64,000 bases of DNA from positions 57,288,001 to 57,352,000 of the forward strand of contig NC_086386.1 in NCBI RefSeq assembly GCF_036588685.1, given 5' to 3'. Shown one piece after another: positions 27,484 through 43,859 of the stretch (its first letter is position 1; every line of letters starts with the position of its first letter). The position numbers and the translations under genes are program-made. A model generated the notes under the pieces. It had not been told where the DNA came from. It saw only the letters and a program-made list of their open reading frames with translations, and did not search any database. The stretch is from Mytilus trossulus. Lineage: Eukaryota.

Positions 27484-30400
27484 TAAGATTGTGGACAAGT
27501 TTTATTTCTTCTGAAAATTGATATAAGATACCGAATATTTTTACATCTACATGTAATTAAATATTTCATTGAATATCTTATTAAAATCTGATTGAAAAAC
27601 GTTTAGCTCATTGTATGCTTTGTGAATTATCAGTTGTTTTTTTTTATTTTCTGTTAGTTATTTTTTTTGAATAGTTCTTTAATGCCAAGATTATTGAAAA
27701 AAGTTTTTTTTTCTTTTTTTCGCTTTTGTAATGAGTGCGAATGATTCAACTCTCGACCAAAGTCACAATTTGTAAAAGTAAACTATTATAGGTCAAATGA
27801 TGTTCGGTCTTGAACACGGAGCCTTGACTTACACCGAACAGCAAGTTATATTGCAAAATCATTCTAACGGGAAAACAAATGGTCTAATCTATATACAAAC
27901 AAAAAAAAAGAAAAAGGAAATACAATGTACAACAAACAAGAATGCAAAGGGTTTATACGTTTTAATAGATACCAACCTTCACCCTTATCTGGAACAATAT
28001 TAATTATAGTGTAATATAACAACATAGATAGACACATGCATGACTCGGTACGTTTATGTGATACCTATATGTATTTCAGCTCCCTAATACTATTACAGCA
28101 CTAGGGCTCCCTCAGTTTATGTGATATTTACGTGTGTTTTTTGTTCACCACTTATATTACAGTACCAGTTATTCAGCATGCGTAATGTCAGATTCAGCTG
28201 GATTCATCGCTAAAAAAAATATATTTTATGTTTAACACGATTTATATAAAACTTTAGTATGAAATTGTTTCATTTTTTTGGATCGCCCTGCTCGCCACAA
28301 TAGTATCTGTTCAGTGCTATGGAAGCTGGTTATTAATGACGATAACGTCACGCACGCTGTTCCTACAACACCTATGATTTAAAACAGAATCTTCGAAATT
28401 TCCTCCGCAAAACAAAATAAAATGTTAACAAACACTAACCACTATAAACATGATAAAAACTAAATCAGTATATGTTTTACTTTATGTTCTTATAGCTTTT
28501 GGTAATATGCTTAGTAATATCTATTGTATTTGAGGACTAAAACAACAAAACTATATGAAAAAAACGAATGTCCAACGTTACATTTTTGAACAACTGTTTT
28601 ATCTCTTATGTATAGTCAGTGATCCTATTTCTTATTCTCTGATCTTCCCGAAACTTGGCAGAAGCAACGAAGTGTGTCAGTTCTTGGTTAAAGTAAAGCT
28701 GTTATTTTGTCGAATTTCGTTTGACTCGGTGGCTGCATATTAAGCTGGAATAAGAAAAATGTCCAATGACGTTTTTCGTTGACTTAACGGCTAAAAGTTG
28801 TTTTATAAGTAGACATAGCTAAAAATGTCTTAAAAAAATATGAGATAATTATAACATCTACCGAAAGAACAAACATTTGCCTCATTTTTCATGAGTTCAA
28901 AAATTGTAGATTCTATAAAATCATCTCTACACAGTCGTTTTTCAAGCGGTAGCCATTTTGTCCAAGTTGATATTTCATTTGTTTAATTAATGCGGGTTTT
29001 TTTTACCTGATATTTCAATAAGTAATTTATAATTTACCAAAACAAAAGTTAGATACACGAAAAGAACATAAAGTCTAGATTCTTTTTTTATTAACTGCAT
29101 GTTTGGGTCTTACAGGAATAAAATGCTACGAAACATAACAAAACGTTAGCCATTTTGTCCAAACGTCGAAAAATCCAAACAAACGGGGTTTTTTTTCGAC
29201 GTTATACATGTATATATTCCTGATACTTAAAACACGAATCGCGTGGTGAAATTTAATAAAAATGCTGGTTGTCGAAAAAAAACACGGTGTATGTTGTGCA
29301 TGAAACGGAGGTAACTGAAAGACTTATCGGAAACAGCGACAAAAAAACAGTTTCATTGAATTAATGCAACCTCGTTTTATACGGACGATTCAGGCGAAGA
29401 TTAGTACATTTTAAAAGCAAGCAACTTCAAATGACTGGGAAAATAATTTTCAAAATCGGGTTATAATAATTTTATTTAATGGTTGTATTTCGACAAATTA
29501 TGTGTCAAGCAAATTTTTTAATACCATTCAATTCAAATTTATCAAGGTTAAATATGTTTTATGTACTTGCAGAGTGTCGGATATATTTGTATTAGGGTTG
29601 AATCAAGATATGAAAAATTTACAATGACAGATGATATGCACCCTGCAATTTTGGCAGCCTGCGATTAAAGTTTTGTTATAATTCATTTATTGAAAACCGT
29701 ATACTTCTGTCCAATTTCCCCTTCCTTCAAGTTCATTACTTACGACAATACAACATTTTAAGGTGAATTAAGGGTAAAAACTATTTAATCGATTTCCACA
29801 ACTTGAGATAAATAAAGTCATGGTAAATAGACATAAAAAATTAATAGAGACAGATTTAGAATCAACCAACTATATAAAAAAAAAAGCAAACGAAACTTGC
29901 AAATTGAATTAATGTACGTCAAAAGTTTCAGAAATTCTCTTTGACGTCGTGGTGGTGTAACGCCGTGTTGTAGGAACATCATGCGCAACGTTGAGAGCAG
30001 ATGACGGTATTTAAAGACAATGCAAGATATCCGTCGATGTGAAAGGAACAGAATACAAAAAAAATAACCGCACATAAATCATTTTGAGGTTAAATATTAT
30101 TTTATTGTCAGACTGGAAAGATCAAATTCGATCTGAATCTGTGTTCGCATATTCCGAAATATACCAACGGTACATTCTAACCGTCATAGATTGAAAACAA
30201 ACAGACCAATAGTATTACACAAGACACAACATAGAAAGCTAACGACTAAGCAACACAAACTCCACCAAAACTTGACTTTGGTTGACCTAAGGTCAATCTC
30301 CAAAATCTTTTCTTTAATTCCTTAATTACGCGAAGATTTTACTCAAATTATCTGATAAGTTCACACGATTTCCTATAGTTTTCCGTTTTCTTGTTTCGTT

Positions 30401-31278
30401 TATACATATTTTCCAAATTGTCCCTTGACTTATTTCACTTGGCAGCTTTAATCTACTTAAAAGTTTTCAGATGACATGCTTAAATTGCTATGAAGTTGTT
30501 ATTCGGAACATTTTATTTCTTAGACCATGGAAGTTGGAACCACAGCAGTATTTATATTAAATTGAAACTTCCATGCTTTGATTAAATTAAAAGATTGATG
30601 TCGATAATTAATTAGGCTAATGGCATCAGAACTGACATTGATCATTTAATGTAATTAGATTTTATCTTATCACAAATCCTCCGATTGTGAAGTTTATACT
30701 TCTATAAAAACATGATTGAATATACCAATTACTACAAACTTGTCCTTGACTGTAAACTTCAAGTTTGGTATCCGTCACTCTTATTAAATGGACGTACAGT
30801 GCTTTTCAATAAAGGTACCAATTCGCACCTTGGTCTTTTGGTAGCATGTTCGCCTCTATTGCGCATAGCCGTGGGTCGAACCAAAGACTTTATAAAGGCG
30901 TTTACTGCTTCTCTGCTAACCAAACGACATTAAGGAGTATAAGAGCCAAGACTGGTCGACTCGGATTTAGAATGATGTGTCAGCCCTAGGGTGGATGTCG
31001 TCTGGTAAATTGTAACCCTGGTAAATAACACCTTTAAAGCTGTCTAGTACAAAGCAGAGTTATATTGATATTCATTTCGCATTACTATAACATAATCTCG
31101 TCCTAAATACGAATTTCAAAACTTGTCGCTGGACGTTATTTATAAGAGCCATTCATCATCTTGCAAATGCAGTAAATATGAGGTTTTGAATGGGATTAAC
31201 AGAATAGAAAATAATGACCACATAATAAAGAATAGAGAATAATAGGCTATTAAAATTAAAAAAAGAATAGAACACAAT

Positions 31279-31502
31279 GAGACCCCTCATGGGGGGTCCT
31301 AGTAATCACATAATCACCATTTTTTTGTTAATATAATCACATAATCATTAAATATTTGCTTATCTTTAGTAATCAAATAATCATAAACTTAAAATACAGT
31401 CCTAGGTAATCAAATAATCATGAAATATTTGGCTTAATAATCAAATAATCATTAAAAAAACGGCCAAGTAATCACATAATCAAAAACCCCATGAGGGCCC
31501 TC
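31279..31502. mobile_element. 224-bp MITE with GAG...CTC TIRs (Sola-like termini)
   Basis: GAGACCCCTCATGGGG...CCCCATGAGGGCCCTC, ACAAT on both flanks, internal TAATCA reiterations. Confidence 0.75.
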
Positions 31503-31934
31503 ACAATGGCCTGACAAATAAAAGATTACAGAAATGAAGATCTTCCAGCATGACCATCGACTTTAATTAAACTAGAAAAAAGGCCTTTACAAGGATACGT
31601 CATTTGACTTTTTTAAGGGGCATTAGCTGTAAAGTTGATGTTCACCGATTTGAATCAACTTTTTAATATTTGATTTGCAACACTATAAAACGTATATTCA
31701 AATTAAAAAAAAAGTCTGAAATAAACAATTATCAATGCATGGGCTCGATAATATGTATCATGCCTTCGTGTGTATTTTAGACTGGACGTCATCTATTCAA
31801 TCGTCGATGCGACCTCTGAAGATTACCGACGGTTACATAACCCGATATAATTTTAACATAAATAAAGATATATTTAGATACCGAACCCTTGCAATTAGTT
31901 TTTTCAAAGTCCTTTTGATTTCATATTAAAGGTT

Positions 31935-34419
31935 AACTAGAGACTCTAAAGAGCCTGTGTCGCTCGATCACCTTGGTCTATGTGAATATTAAACAATGGA
32001 CACAGATGGATTCATGACAAAATTGTGTTTTGGTGATGGTGATGTGTTTTGGTGATGGCGATGTTATTGTAGATCTTACTTTATTAGGGCCCCGCCGACT
32101 AAGGCGGGTCGCCCTATAGTGATCAGTCTGTCCGTCCGTCCGTCCGTCCGTCCGTCTGTCCGTCCGTCCGTCTGTCCGTCCGTAACACTTTCGTGTCCGC
32201 TCCATATCTAGAGAACCATTATGATTTCATACTTAATACTTAACATGATTATCAACCAACACCAGAGGGTGTGTCATGTTGTATGTACAACTTTCTAGGT
32301 CAAAGGTCAAGGTCAAAAAATTTGGTTTTAGTTGACAACCCCCTGTCCTGTGGTGAAGATCGTGTCCGCTCCATATCTAGATAACCGTTATGATTTCAAA
32401 GTTTATACTTGACATCCATTTCAACAACCACCAGAGGGCGTGTCATGATGTATGTACAACTTCCTAGGTCAAAGGTCAAGGTCAAAAACTTTGGTTTAGA
32501 GTTGACAACCCCATGTCCTGTGGGATTGTGTCCGCTCCAAATCTAGATAACGGTTATGATTTCAAAGTTTATACTTGACATCCATTTTAACAACCACCAG
32601 AGGGCGTGTCATGATGTATGTTCAACTTCCTAGGTCAAAGGTCAAGGTCAAAAACTTTGGTTTAGAGTTGACAACCCCGTGTCCTGTGGGATTGTGTCCG
32701 CTCCAAATCTAGATAACCGTTATGATTTCAAAGTTTATACTTGACATCCATTTCAACCACCACCAGAGGGCGTGTCATGATGTATGTACAACTTCCTAGG
32801 TCAAAGGTCAACGTCAAAAAAACTTTGGTTTCAGTTGACAATCCTGTGTCCTGTGGTGAAGATTGTGTCCGCTCTATATCTTGAGAACCATTATGATTTC
32901 AAATATTATACTTGACATCCATTTTAACCAACACCAGAGGGTGTGTCATGATGTATGTACCACTTCCTAGGTCAAAGGTCTGTCTGTCTGTCTGTTGATC
33001 TGTCCATCGCTAACAAATTTGATCCACACTATATTTTGAGAGGACAGCTGTTATTATTTCATACTTTATACCTGACAAACATTTTCAACTTAACATATAT
33101 ATAAAGCAACACCAGAGAATGTGTCATAATGTATGCATCCTAGGTCTAAAGTTCTAAGGTCAGTCTGTCAGTCTGTCCATCCGTTTGTTGTTCTTAACAA
33201 ATTGTGTCCGCTCTACCTCTCGAGAACCGTTAATATTTCATACTTTATACTTGGTGGGTCATAATATATTGAAGGCATAATTCTAAAAATATGTGACAAA
33301 TATCAATTGGGCAGCACCTTTAAACATATTGTTCAAACATCAATCCATACATCCAGAAGTCACCTTAGAGTAGTCAACAATTAGTTCACATCATGCAGTC
33401 ATATCACTATTATACTATGAAAGTAAGATGAGAATATTTATCAGTTTTAACTTAAAATCTTAGATTGAAATCACACATGAGACTCCTTAGAGTAGTCAAC
33501 AATTAGTTCACATCATGCAGTCATATCACTATTATACTATGAAATAGTACTATCACTATTACCCCACGTTATTGACAGCGGGGCCCACAGAGATGGCTTC
33601 CATCTCAATGATATCTAGTTCTTGCTGCTTACAATTATCTCTATCTATAACAGTAGTTTCTGTGGAAAATATTAGTGAAAATCTACAAATTTTATGAAAA
33701 TTGTCACAAGTTAAAAATGACTATGAAGGGCAATAACTCCTTAGGGGTCAATTGACTATTTTGGTAATGTTGGCAATGATGCTTGTGGCCGAGTTTTTTT
33801 ATTTTGGCCCAGTAGTTTCAGAGGAGAAGATTTTTCTAAAAGTTTACAAAGATTTACGAAAAATGGTTAAAAAATTGACTATAAAGGGTAATAACTACTA
33901 AAGGGGTCATCTGACCATTTTGGTCATGTTGACTTATTTGTAGATCTTACTTTGCAGAACATTATTGCTGTTTACAGTTTATCTCTATCTATAATAATAT
34001 TCAAGATAATAACCAAAAACAGCAAAATTTCCTCAAAATTACCAATTCAGGGCCAGCAACCTAACAACATAATGTCCGATTCATCTGAAAATTTTAGGGC
34101 AGATAGATCTTGACCTGATATTTTAATTTGACCATGTCAGATTTGCTCTAAATGCTTTGGTTTATGAGTTATAAGCCAAAAACTGCATTTTACCCCTTAT
34201 GTTCTACTTTTAGCCGTGGCGGCCATCTTGGTTGGTTGGCCGGGTCATCGGACGCAATTTTTAAACTAGATACCCCAATGATGATTATGGGTAAGTTTGG
34301 TTAAATTTGGCCCAGTAGTTTCAGAGGAGAAGATTTTTGTAAAAGTTAACGCAGGACGACGAAGGACGCCAGGTGATGTGAAAAGCTTACTTGGCCCTTC
34401 GGGCCAGGTGAGCTAAAAA
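31935..34419 (-). mobile_element. HINE (Helentron-associated non-autonomous) element hosting a nested insertion
   Basis: Minus strand starts TTTTTAGCTCACCTGGCCCGAAGGGCCA (hairpin) plus GTC microsatellite and ends AGGTGA..GCGACACAGGCTCTTTAGAGTCTCTAGTT (sub-TIR, hairpin, CTAGTT). Confidence 0.75.
32082..33620 (+). mobile_element. nested HINE/pearl-like element carrying a 166-171 bp tandem repeat array
   Basis: Sub-TIRs GGGCCCCGC/GCGGGGCCC, (GTCC)n, CTAGGTCAAAGG markers at 32295, 32464, 32630, 32796, 32967; 3' hairpin GAGATGG-CTT-CCATCTC; ends CTAGTT. Confidence 0.82.
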
Positions 34420-35985
34420 TGTATACCGACTTGTTACATTTAATGTTGGCCAAAGAACCATGCAAATGATGTCAGCAGTCAGGCAAACATGTACACCTCA
34501 TAATTATTCCTTACACCCATGTTATGCCTTATCTGAGCAATTAATCTGAAAAAATAAAACTTAAGTGTTGACCAACTATAAATCAAAATGAGGACGACGT
34601 TTTGTGAACCCATCAGGCTCTTAAAGTTTCTTAAAGTAAATCAATGAACCATATGAGGTCAAGGTGAAACGAAACATACCCCTTTATTGGCATGTATATA
34701 TCTTACAAAATCTTATGATATATCAACGAATATATATACCAAACACAGATGTACCATTACTTAGTCTTTATAATCGAAAAAGGTCAAGTCATGGTAGTAC
34801 TAATTTACTGTTGACACAGAATATCAATGTCTCACTTTTCGACAGAAGTAAAATGGACAGCAACATTGATCATTTATTCAAAGTCGCTGGCTCATGACCT
34901 AGATAGCAGAACCTCAAAATAGTTGTCACGGAACACTGACATGTACTACATGTAATAGTAAAGCAATTTTATACAAAATATGATCGATACATCACAAGTA
35001 GAGTCTATCAAATTGACACAAACCAAAAACCGAACCTTGAACATTTCTATATAATGCAGTCGCTGGACAATGAGGCCAGTAACAACTGAAATATACAAGA
35101 TGGCAACTACAGACCATAAGGCAGTTGTATCTTTTTGACAGGATGTGGATACCGAACATTAATCTTTACATAAGAAGTTTACGTCACCGTCAACAGATTC
35201 ACATCTCCACCAGAGACCAATAGACATAGAAGTTAGCCATGCGACCTTCAAAATTGAGCAAAACGTATACCATTATACCGGTATATTTATGTCTTGCCTT
35301 CTGCTACATTTGTTTTAGACGAGAGATCTTTAGGTAAATGTAAAAATAAAATCTCATACTTGGGAGTTCATTATAACATCACGTATAAGTAAGCAAACAG
35401 AACCATTTTTTTGCCAAGCCGGCTTAACACAAATATACTGAACTTTCACTTTTGCATGGTGTTTAACTTAAAAGAAACTAACCATTGAAAAATAACTTCA
35501 AGAACTGAACCGAGGAGCACCAAACTAACAGCAATGTATAATGATAGTATGTTAATGTACTTGCTTTGGGTAAAATTTCCGTTACTGCGAGAGATTTTTT
35601 TATCGGTGATTGTCTTTTGTATTTGTGATATTTGTGCATGTAACCTTCAGTTTCAATCCCTGTACAGCCGAATATCAAATATTGCTAATCTGTTGTTTTG
35701 TGAGACCTTTGATTGTTAATTTGTTGTTCTGTTAGACTTTTGATGCGTGTTTTGGTACATCGGATTGAGCTAAAATAAAATCAGTGATTGTCTAAGTTTC
35801 TGGCTGTTATATTCGTTTTTCGTTACAATTAAATAAGGCCCTTGTTCTATTTAATGTCGGGGACTATTATGGTTGACTTTACAGTTTGATTTTTGCTCAT
35901 TGTGGAAGGCCGTGTGGCTACCTTTACATAGAAGATAATTGCTTAAATCCATGTCATGTTAACGGAAACGTGTTGCCAAAACAGT

Positions 35986-36460
35986 TCTAATGTGTGAAAA
36001 CCGAATACCTCAAAAGTATCTGAACCTGGAAATTCTATGTGTGAAAACCGAAAACCTCAAAAGTATCTGAACCTGGAAATTCTATGTGTGAAAACCGAAA
36101 ACTTCAAAAGTATCTGAACCAGGAAATTCTATGTGTGAAAACCGTAAATCTCAAAAGTATCTGAACCTGGAAATTCTATGTGTGAAAACCGAAAACCTCA
36201 AATGTATCTGAACCTGGAAATTCTATGTGTGAAAACCGAAAACCTCAAATGTATCTGAACCAGGAAATTTTATGTGTGAAAACCGAAAACCTCTAAAGTA
36301 TCTGAACCATCAAATTCTATGTGTGAAAACCGAAAACCTCTAAAGTATCTGAACCAGGAAATTTTATGTGTGAAAACCGAAAACCCCAAAAGTATCTGAA
36401 CCATCAAATTCTATGTGTGAAAACCAAAAACTTCAAAAATATCTGAACCTTGAAATTCTT
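35986..36460. repeat. 47-bp minisatellite, ~10 copies, downstream of g4
   Basis: Unit ATGTGTGAAAACCGAAAACCTCAAAAGTATCTGAACCTGGAAATTCT. Confidence 0.95.
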
Positions 36461-36509
36461 TCATTTTAATTTATGACAAAGTAATAATAATATCTTCATT
36501 GTTCAATAA

Positions 36510-36515
36510 TTTAAT
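36510..36515 (-). terminator. putative ATTAAA poly(A) signal of g4 (equivalents at 46899-46904 in g5 and 57703-57708 in g6)
   Basis: Hexamer conserved in position and context in three paralogous 3' ends. Confidence 0.5.
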
Positions 36516-36647
36516 ATCATGATGGTGTAATATTTCAATAGATAACTGGACAGTTGTTTGTTTGTATCCAGTATATCTGTAAATTATTCTTCAAGTTTCA
36601 CTTTTAAAATTAGTCTTTTTTAAAGTTCATTGAGCTTTAAGAAATGT

Positions 36648-40172
<3,525 letters not shown>

Positions 40173-40244
40173 TTTGATTTCTTTAATAAATTTCACGTCT
40201 ACTACACAGGGTGGTTGCGATGTTGATTGAAACTAAGAGTAGTT

Positions 40245-40360
40245 AACCTATTTGTATAGGCGAGGGGTTCCGGGTAAGTATACTAGCAACGGTCAGACGA
40301 TCGTTTTTATTGGTTGATTTCACTTTAAGTAAGCTGTTTTCCGTTGCCGAAGGAGATATC
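40245..40360 (-). promoter_or_regulatory. g4 promoter: two X-box-like/MYB-like sites, CCAAT box, TATA-like TATACAAAT
   Basis: TAGCAACGG 40284-40292, ATTGG, CCGTTGCCGAAGG 40341-40353; conserved in g5 and g6. Confidence 0.7.
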
Positions 40361-41226
40361 TAACAAACAGGTTCAAACTTATAAAATTATAACAACTGTT
40401 GTTAACGGCTCAACAATCACGTTCTAATTATTATATTAAGAAAAGAACATTTCTGCTCGGGGTTAAACACTCATTATATAAGTTCTATTGATATATATTG
40501 ATATATGAATAGGTCACAAATTATTTATTTATTTATTTCCATAACTTAGTAATTATGATTAAATATATAATTTGTCGATTGTACAAATATTTGCTATTTG
40601 GAATTATATTTATATGTTTTATTTTTTGTGTATTTCAAACTTCTGTCTGTTTTGTCATGATCTTATATTTTTGTAATATATATTTAGTATATATTGATTA
40701 TACATGTACCTATATGTTGTAAAACATTTGGTTAATAAAGAATTGAATTAAAAAAAAATAAAAAAAATTTCATTTCCATAGCTAATTATTCAATTATGAA
40801 TTAGCTAACGGTAAAAAACGAAGTCTTTATGACACTTTCATTTCAAGCAGATTGAATAAGGAAACAAAACATTAGCGAACATTAACGGCTGTTGTGAATC
40901 TGATTGAGAACATAGCATGCGACATTGCCCTAGAGATAACTAAAATTCAAATACATTTTATGTTTTAGAAAATGAAATACTTTACTAGATTTTACAGTGC
41001 ACTTTTTTGCCTTCCTCCAGAAAGTGCAAAAATAAACTATAATTAGTTGGGAAAAAGGTTTGAGAACTTCCCCACAGGTAATAGTTGAGTGAACTGTATA
41101 GATTGACATGGACAATAGAAGGACAATAGACATCCGACAGATAATAATTGGTGATTTAAACTGTGTACCTGAGAGGACCATTATATCAAGTGAAACTCAA
41201 CTGTTTGTTTATTTTATCATCTTCTG

Positions 41227-41520
41227 AAGGCAGCAACCATTTGATTTTCTGGCTGGTGGGCTATGGGTTTTTTTTCTGTGCAAACTTTTTTTTTCGCCTT
41301 CGGCGAAGAACAATCTATTTTTTTACCGACAAACCGAAAACAATTTTTTTCTTTCAATTTTAACATTGCATATAGTGGCAGCCGAGGGTCAAACAAACAA
41401 TTTTTTTTTCTCAGGGTCTAAAACAAATGATTTTTTTCACCAAAACCGGGAAACAAACTTTTTTCCAAAAAAAACATAGCCCCCCCCCCCCCCCCCCGAA
41501 AATCAAATGATTGCTGCCTT
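41227..41520. mobile_element. ~294-bp TIR MITE upstream of g4
   Basis: AAGGCAGCAACCATTTGATTTTC ... GAAAATCAAATGATTGCTGCCTT inverted termini. Confidence 0.75.
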
Positions 41521-41614
41521 AGATAATTGTATGTGTTTTGTTTCATATAGGAAAAAAGCCAAATAAATATTACAACGTACTGTCTTCACCAAAATATAGT
41601 ATCTACACTATTTT

Positions 41615-42863
41615 GCAACCTCTGAACTCTGAACAATTGGGGCCAGTTAGGACTCAACATTCAAGCTTGATACATCTCCGAATTTGGATTGTGATTATAG
41701 CATAGGTTTCTGAAACAGAACGAATGTGTGGTCTAATGACCTTAAAATGTTGTTTTACCTATTATGGTCCAATATCCCAAATCTAAATATATGGATTGAT
41801 TCGGTATATCAAAGAATCCATCCCAAGAATTCAATTTTTGATAAAAATCAAACAAAGTTTTAATTATGAACCCTTTTGACCTCAATGTTGACCAATTTGA
41901 TAACAGGGCCTAAAATCAAAAATCTAAATACATGGTTAGATTTGGCACACCAAAGAACCCCATACATTCAAATGTTTTGAAATCAAATAAAGTTAAATGT
42001 TTTACCCCAACTTGGACCAACTTGAAAACTGGGCCAATAATCAAAAATATAAATACATAAGTAAATTAGGCATATCAAAGAACCCCAAGATTTCATTTTT
42101 TGTTAAAATCAAGATAACTTTAATTTTGGACTCTTTGGACATTAATGTAGACCAATTTGAAAACGGGACCCAAAATTGAAAACCCAAATTCACTGTTAGA
42201 TTCGGCATATCAAAGAACCCCTACAATTAGATTTTTTATAAAATCAAACAAAGTTTAATTTTGGACCCTTTTGAACCAAATTTGGACCAACTTGAAAATT
42301 GAACCCATAATCAAAAATCTAAATACATATTAAGATTCAGTATATCAATGAACCCTAAGAATTCAATTTTTGTTAATGTCAAACTAAGTTTAATTTTGGA
42401 CCCTTTTGACCCCAATTTAAAAACGGGGACCAAATTTCAAAAACGTAATACACGGTTAGATTTAGCATTTAAAAGAACCCCAAGATTTCAAGAATAAAAT
42501 TCCATTGAAATAAGCAATTTATATAAAGTATAAAACAATTATTTTTTTGTCCCCTTATATCACCAATTCCTAAACAGTTTAGGCCATACCCCCAAAATCA
42601 ATCCCAGCCTTCTTTTGTTGGTATGGAACCTTGATGTACAATTTCAGAAAGATCCATACACTTACACACAAGTAATTGTCTGGAAACATAACTCCCAAAA
42701 TCAAATCCAATCTTCCTTTTGTGGTTTTATACACTTTGTTTAAATTTCGTAGAGATCTATTCACTTTAAATAAAGTTATTGTCCAGAAACTAAGTATCTT
42801 CTGACGACGCTGACGACGTGATACCAATGTACGAACGCAAAATTTGTTTTGCGGTCGTATAAC
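41615..42863 (-). mobile_element. HINE-like element (family C) with ~120-bp tandem cores
   Basis: Repeated ATCTAAATACATGGTTAGATT...CAAAGAACCCC units; TATACGACCGCAAAA end with GTC microsatellite; homologous to 43860-45310. Confidence 0.65.
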
Positions 42864-43744
42864 AAGATACTCTCAAGAGCCTGAATCGCTCACCTTGATT
42901 TTCGGCATTTATCTTTTTTTAAGAGTTTTTAAAGTATCAAATTTCATCGTAGTTTTTGTTTTTGTTTAATGTATATTAATAAATGTTTGAAAATGCATTT
43001 TTTTGTCACACTTTCTTTAAAACCAAAAACTGCAAAATTTCCTTAAAATAACAAATTAAGTGGCAGCAACCCAATAATGGGTTCTTAGATTCATCTGAAA
43101 ACTTGAGGGCTGATAGAACTTGACCTTGTCAGAGTTGCTCTAAATGCTTTGGATTTTGGTATATAAGCCAAAAACTGCATTTTACCCATATATGTTCTAT
43201 TTTTAGCAATGGCGGCCATGTTTTTTGACGAAACAGAAAATAAAACACAAACTTTATAGATACCATAAGGATCATTCAGCTCAAGTTTGGTTGGAATAGG
43301 TTCAGTAGTTTCAGAGGAAAAGATTTGTTAAAGTTAGAAAACACGATAAACAAATTGTGTATAATTGTCCTTAAAGGGCAATAACTCTTTAAGGGGTCAA
43401 ATGATAATATTGGTCATATACAATTATTGGTAGATCTTACTTTGCTGGACAAAATTGCTGTTTACAGTTCACCTTTATCATTAAAACTATTCAAGATAAT
43501 AACCAAAAACTGCAAATTGTCCTTACAATTACTAAATTAGTGGCAGCCACCCAACAATGAGTTATTATATTCATCTGAAAATTTCAGGGCTGATAGATCT
43601 TTTATTTATTAACAATTTAATCCCATGTCAGATTTGCTCTAACTGATTGTGTTTTTTGAGATTTCAGCCAAAAACTGCTTTTTACCTCTTCATTCTATTT
43701 TTAGCCATGGCAGCCATGTTTTTTGACGGAACGGTGAGCTAAAA
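42861..43744 (-). mobile_element. internally deleted HINE of the same family as 31935-34419
   Basis: Termini AACAAGATACTCTCAAGAGCCTGAATCGCTCACC ... GGTGAGCTAAAA; internal sequence matches 33720-34340. Confidence 0.7.
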
Positions 43745-43859
43745 CCACAGAGTGGGCGTGGCCGGGTACTTGTCTATCCCAACAACAAAAAGACATTAAG
43801 TACAGATTAGAGAGATTCTCAGTTACAGATTGCTAGTTCGTATCCACTAACAACTATAT

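Noticed and set aside
35986-36460. CRISPR-like regular arrays (47-, 35- and 21-bp units)
   Set aside because: Pure tandem repeats without unique spacers, eukaryotic context, no cas genes
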